From: a virus
Direction: 5' to 3' (one strand)
Virus record (IMG/VR): IMGVR_UViG_3300035670_013228
Span: 32,001-96,000 of that record
DNA length: 64,000 nucleotides
Positions within the stretch are counted from its first letter, which is position 1; every line of letters starts with the position of its first letter. Positions 39,901 through 45,900 of the stretch are shown piece after piece. Made by a program: the position numbers and the translations under genes. The notes below the pieces were generated by a model, which worked only from the letters and a program-made list of their open reading frames with translations, did no database searches and had not been told where the DNA came from.

Positions 39901-42900
39901 ATTAGAACTTGGCTTACCATCCTATGCTTCTGAGGCTCAAGTCGATGCGGCCCGGCAGATACGCGATGCTAAACAACAAGCCACACAGATAGAACAAAGG
40001 ATAAAAGAAGAATTAGATACGGATAATATTCCGGGAGTAGGCAGATTCAAAACATCGTCTCAATTACGAGCAGATGCGTCTGATAGAAATTTTGGTTTAC
40101 CACCAGAGGTTTTGGCTAGTGGTAACTTTAATGAGTGGCAACAATTATTAGCAAAGAAAGAAAAAATATTTGCAAAAATTGAAGAATTGAATCGTGGCAG
40201 ATTGGTATCTAGTGGTGATCCGTTTAGTGGTGATACTATTACCACCTCTTTGAGAGAAGCTAATGCAGATGAATTAGGGCGATATTTAACAGAATATCAA
40301 CAGCTAGCACAAATAGATAGTGATCTAGCACGGGCATATCAAACCGGATTAGAAAACTATGCAAGCACAAATTATCCAAGCGCAGATATAGATGAGGTAC
40401 GAAGTATGGCTTGGGATGATTATGATAAAGGTATACGATCCAAAGAAGCAGAAGCTCAAAAAAGAGACAAACTTGCAGCAAATAAAGAAGCTGATAAACA
40501 AGCTAAGATGTGGAAAACCGTAGCTAGTATAAGTAATGTTAAATTACCTTCTAAATTCGAGAATCCTGGTAAATTCTTAACTTTCAGATCAAATATATTA
40601 GATAAACTAAAGAGTAAATTTCCATTATCGGGAGATCCGTCAACAGATATTCAAACTATGCAACAATATGGTTTAGATGCTAATATAGCCGAGGCTATAT
40701 TCAAACCATTTGATAATAATCAAATAGCTGCTGTAGCATCTTTAATTCCTATTAGTGCAAATACTGATCCTGTTTTGCGCAGTCAAGTATCATTATTATC
40801 TCAAGCATCCAGCGCATCAATCGACACTGCTAAAAATAATGCATATTTATTAAATATTATACAAAAGAATCCTAAAGTTAATCAAAAATTTAAAACAGCT
40901 TTTATTAAAAGTGTTAATGATATAAATAACTTTAATAAAATGGTTACTGGATATAATCAATTAGATCCAACAAAACAAAATAATGCTAGAGCTAATTTAC
41001 TTAAAAGATTAACTAGACAAGGATATATTGATCCTAGAGATCCTAATGGTAGCATTGATAGACTAAATGCTTTGGGTGGCACTAATGTTTCTCAGTTCCT
41101 ATTTCCTAATCAACAAGCTCAAAATAAAGTTATCAGAATAGCCGGTGCTAAAAATTCAGGAGGTATAGTATATGCTAGTGGCGGAATGCTTGTGCCGTAC
41201 GAGCCCAAAGGAACTGATACTGTGCCGGCTATGCTTACCCCAGGAGAGTTTGTTGTTAATAAACAAGCAACAGCAAGAAATAAAGGATTATTAGAATCTA
41301 TTAATAGAAGCAAAGGAGGAAGTGTTAAATATTTAGCTGATGGAGGTTTGGCTTCAGATACTAGTGATAAAATTACAGTAGGCACTAAAGATGGAACTAG
41401 TATAGTAAGACAGAATCCATTGTATACAACAGTTCAAGATAATCTACGATATACTAAGCGATTAGATAGTATGGCTGTGAGTACAGAGAAAACATTGAAG
41501 GGTCATACACGATCTCTTGAGTATATAGGATCAGGAGTTACAAAACTTAATAATCGTATTGATTCGGCAAGTACTACATTAGGCGTACCATTTTCTAGAG
41601 GTGGAATAGTTTATGCTAGTAATGGAATGTTAGTTCCTTATCAACCAAAAGGCACAGATACTGTTCCGGCCATGTTGACTCCCGGCGAATTTGTGGTTAA
41701 TCGTCAAGCAACATCTAAACATAGAGGTTTGCTAGAATCTATTAATAGAAACAAAGGAGGAAGTGTTAAATATTTAGCAAATGGTGGGCCCTCTTCTGAT
41801 AGCGAAGTAACAAAAGTTGTTGACGGAGTGCAGATAACAAAACCTAGCGAGGTATTAAAATTAAGCAAAGAAAATTTATCTACTAGTAAAACTCTTTTAA
41901 CGAATAGTATCAAAACCAAAGAAATATTACAGAACAGTAACAATTATTTCGTTTCTAGTGATAAAACAGTTAATGAAAAACTAGATAAGATTTTACAAGA
42001 TAATAAAGGACTAAGAGAAGATACAGCGCAAGAACATAAGAAGACTAGAAGACATATTGAGCGTGAACATTTTCATACTAAAGAATATATTGATTATGCA
42101 CACTATGGGACTAGGGACAAGCTAGTGGCTGAACATGCTACTACGAGAACTCATATTACTGCCGAAGATAACGATACTAGACAATACGTTGCTGATCAGC
42201 ATGACAATACCAGAAAGTCTGTTGCTGATGAGCATAAGAAGACTAGATCTGAGATCCCTTCCCATCTGAAGATCTCGATGAAGGCAAGAGGAGCTGAAAC
42301 AGACGCACATACCACGATTGAGGCGATGGGTATTAAATCACATGTTACAGACGAACATAAGCTTACCAGAAACTTTTTGTTGCGTCAACAGCCTAAAAAT
42401 CTTGCTTCTGGCGGCATAGTTTATGCTAGTAATGGACAACTAATTAATTTTCAACCAAAAGGTACCGACACTGTTCCGGCAATGTTAACGCCGGGAGAAT
42501 TTGTTGTTAATGCAAAAGCTACTAAAAATAATTTAGATTTATTACATAGTATAAATAATGGTGGCAAACCATATAGTAGAGGAGGTGTTATTCATTTACA
42601 AGATGGTGGACTAGCAGTAGACAAAGGAGATAGAGTAGCAGAAGCATATAATGCTACATTAAAAGCATATGAACAACCCGAAGACGCTCAGCTAACGAAC
42701 AAAAAAATACCCATAAAAGGTGGTGAAGCTCAATATTTTCCAAAATTAGATTATTTTGCTCTATATGATAGACCTAGTGGGATTCCTGATGAAAACAGGA
42801 TCAGTGGCGATTCATTCTCAAGAGGATTTAGAATTCAGGTAAGAGAAGGAATAATAAGTAGAAGCAATGTACCACGAGAGCCTTCGGCCGCTGTTAGCGA

Positions 42901-45900
42901 ATTAGGAGACGAAGAACTTTCCACTATTTGGACAATTAATAAACAAGACTGGCTTAGCGATGAGGCCGCGAAACGAGGAGTTGATATTAATAGAGGTGAT
43001 AATCGTCCGTGGAAAGATAGAGTTCAGAACCGTCTTCCAACGGAATACCCAGAAAAATGGTGGGAAAAGTTCGATCAAGATCCGGAATTAAGAGAAAATC
43101 TGGCGACGCTTAACGCTGCCGCCAACACAATGGGTGGTAGCAGTAAAATTAGCCCTATCTGGGATTATGGACGGAACTCTAGAGATCAAGTTGAAACCAT
43201 TAGAAAGAAGATAAAAGATTATTTAGTAGCTAAAAAAATTAAAGAATCTGTTGCAGAAGACACAGCAATGGGAATATCAGAATCGGAAATATTAACATAT
43301 TTAGAAAGATATTCATCTTTAACAGACTTTAATAGTAACAAGAGCGACAAAGATGAAAAACTATATTTTTGGGAACAATGGTTGAGTAGAATTAGATTAT
43401 ATAATAGAGTCACAGGGAGAGAGGACCAGGAGGGACCGACTATTTATATACCAAATGATCAAACTCCGCAACAGAGAGAAGATGCTAGACTAGCAGCAGA
43501 AGCGAGAAAAGCTGAAGAGATCAGAAAAGAAGAACAAAGAAAAGCTGAAGCAACTAGAAAAAGAGTAGAAGACTATAAAACAGAGAGAACACGAGCACAG
43601 CGCGCACAAGATCCTGATGCTATTTGGAAATTACCTGGCGATAAAGAACAAACAACAAACGAATGGTCAGGAAAACCACCACAGCCTGAAAGAAGATGGG
43701 TTTCTCTAGATGAGAAATACGCCACCATTGGAACATTAGTTGCTTATAAAGATGGTAAAGCATCTATTCGTAAACCAACTGGTCAAACTATAGTTGTTGA
43801 TCAAAATAAATTAAGTGAAATGGATCAAAAGTATTTGACTGATCTTCTTATTGAACAAAAAACACAGCCTCTACCAACTCCGAAATCTCGAACTGGTCCG
43901 CAAACTTTGCCAACACCACAATCTCAAACGCGTCAGCAACCCTTACCAATCCCAAAACCTCAAACCGGTCCTCAAACAAAACCAGCCGATAGGCAATTAC
44001 CGACTCCCAGACCTCAAACCGGTCCTCAAACAAAGCCAATCCCCGAACCCAAGACTATTCCTCAAGATAATTCATATGTATGGTTAGGTGGACATAAAAT
44101 AAATGATAAACCACTAAAAGGAACTTACATTAATAAAGATAGTAATGGCGTACTTATACAAACTCCGGAAGGAAAAAATATCAGAGTAGATCCGTATACT
44201 TGGAATAAATATTCGACTCCAGAAGACAAAGCAAAAACCATGTCTCCTTCTGCTATGAGTCGTGGAGGAATAGTTTATGCTCAATTTGGAGGATTATTAA
44301 ATGATGATCAGTCTACAGTAGATATTTATAATCCACAAGCAATGAAGTCTACTTTAGACAGTTTAACAATGTCATTATTACCATATACCAGCAATGAAGT
44401 TGGACAACAAAGATTAATAATGGCTACAAATCAAAACTATGGCATAAGTGGTATAAGGCAATCAAATTTGCCGGGTAGAGCATCCGCAATGTTTGATGTT
44501 CAGTCTAGAAATTTAGTGTTTCGAGACAGAGTAATAAGATCAGCAACAGCAAAACACGAAATGGCTCATGCTTTAGCAAATAGTGTTCATGCTCCTCCAA
44601 CAACTAGAGATCAACAATTTGCAAATCAGATGGGACAATTTTCTTCCGAAGAAGCTCTTAGAATATGGGAAGCAAGAGCACAAATTAAAAAACAACAATA
44701 TATAGAGTCTGGGATAGACCGAGAACGTGTTGAACAACAATATCAGGCAGAAAAAAGGTTGCTGATACAACAACTTGGAAATAGAGGAAACGCTAGAAAT
44801 AGTATTGTTGCACAAATGGGAGAAGAACTTTACGAAAATAATTATCAACAACTGGCTGATACTAGTTATACCCTAGATCAACTAAATGCTATGCCTAATG
44901 AACTATTTGCTGTTATTGCTAGTATAGCAGACGCACCCGAATTTAGTAATATGCCGGCGAGTCAAGCTTTTTTGAAACAAAGCATGAGAACTTTAGGCTA
45001 TAGTAAAGGCGGAGTTGTTTATGCTAATAAGGGTATGCTAATTCCATACCAACCAAAAGGCACCGACACTGTTCCGGCCATGTTAACTCCTGGGGAGTTT
45101 GTTATAAACAGAGCAGCCACACAGGCTAATTTACCTTTATTACAAAGTATCAATAGCGGGAGGTATAATAAAGGAGGCATAGTTTATGCCGAGGATGGTA
45201 AATGTATTGGCAAGCAAACAGAAGATAAGTCAAATACAGAATCCAAACAACCAAAAAAGAAAGAACAATCTGCGAATCAGACACAAAATAATGTACAAGG
45301 AATAGATATTACCGATCCAAGACAAAGAGAACAAGCACTTGGTGGAATGTATAGAAGCTTAATTCCTTATACTACGGGAGAAGCTGGACAACAAAAATTA
45401 GCTATGGGTTTTACAGCATTGAAATCTGTAAGAATCAATATTAATCAGAGTAGACTTAAACAAAAGGGAGCTGGCGCGGAATTTGAGACATCTGGTCTAG
45501 GAACAGATCCTGGAACAATATATGTTCCTGGAAAAATGGTTGATACACCATTATTAAGGCACGAATATGGCCATGCTCTCATAGCAGCAACAACTCCTAG
45601 ACAATTTATGCAGAATATCTCTGGGGTTGCTCCTATAAGTCAATTTATCAACAGTTTAGAAAAAGCTAATGCTCGCATCAGGGTTACTCCACATAACTAT
45701 GAGGATGGTGGAGAAGTTGAGGATAAAAAAACACAACAACCATCAGAAAAAACCAATACTATAGGAATTTATAACAAAGAGCAGTTATTAAAAAATCCTC
45801 AGGAGGTATTCGCTACGCTCGTTCAATTGATAGGTAGTAACTTATTTCATAATTTGGGCGGGTCTGATGCTCTTCGTGCTGCTATGAAAATTTATGGATT

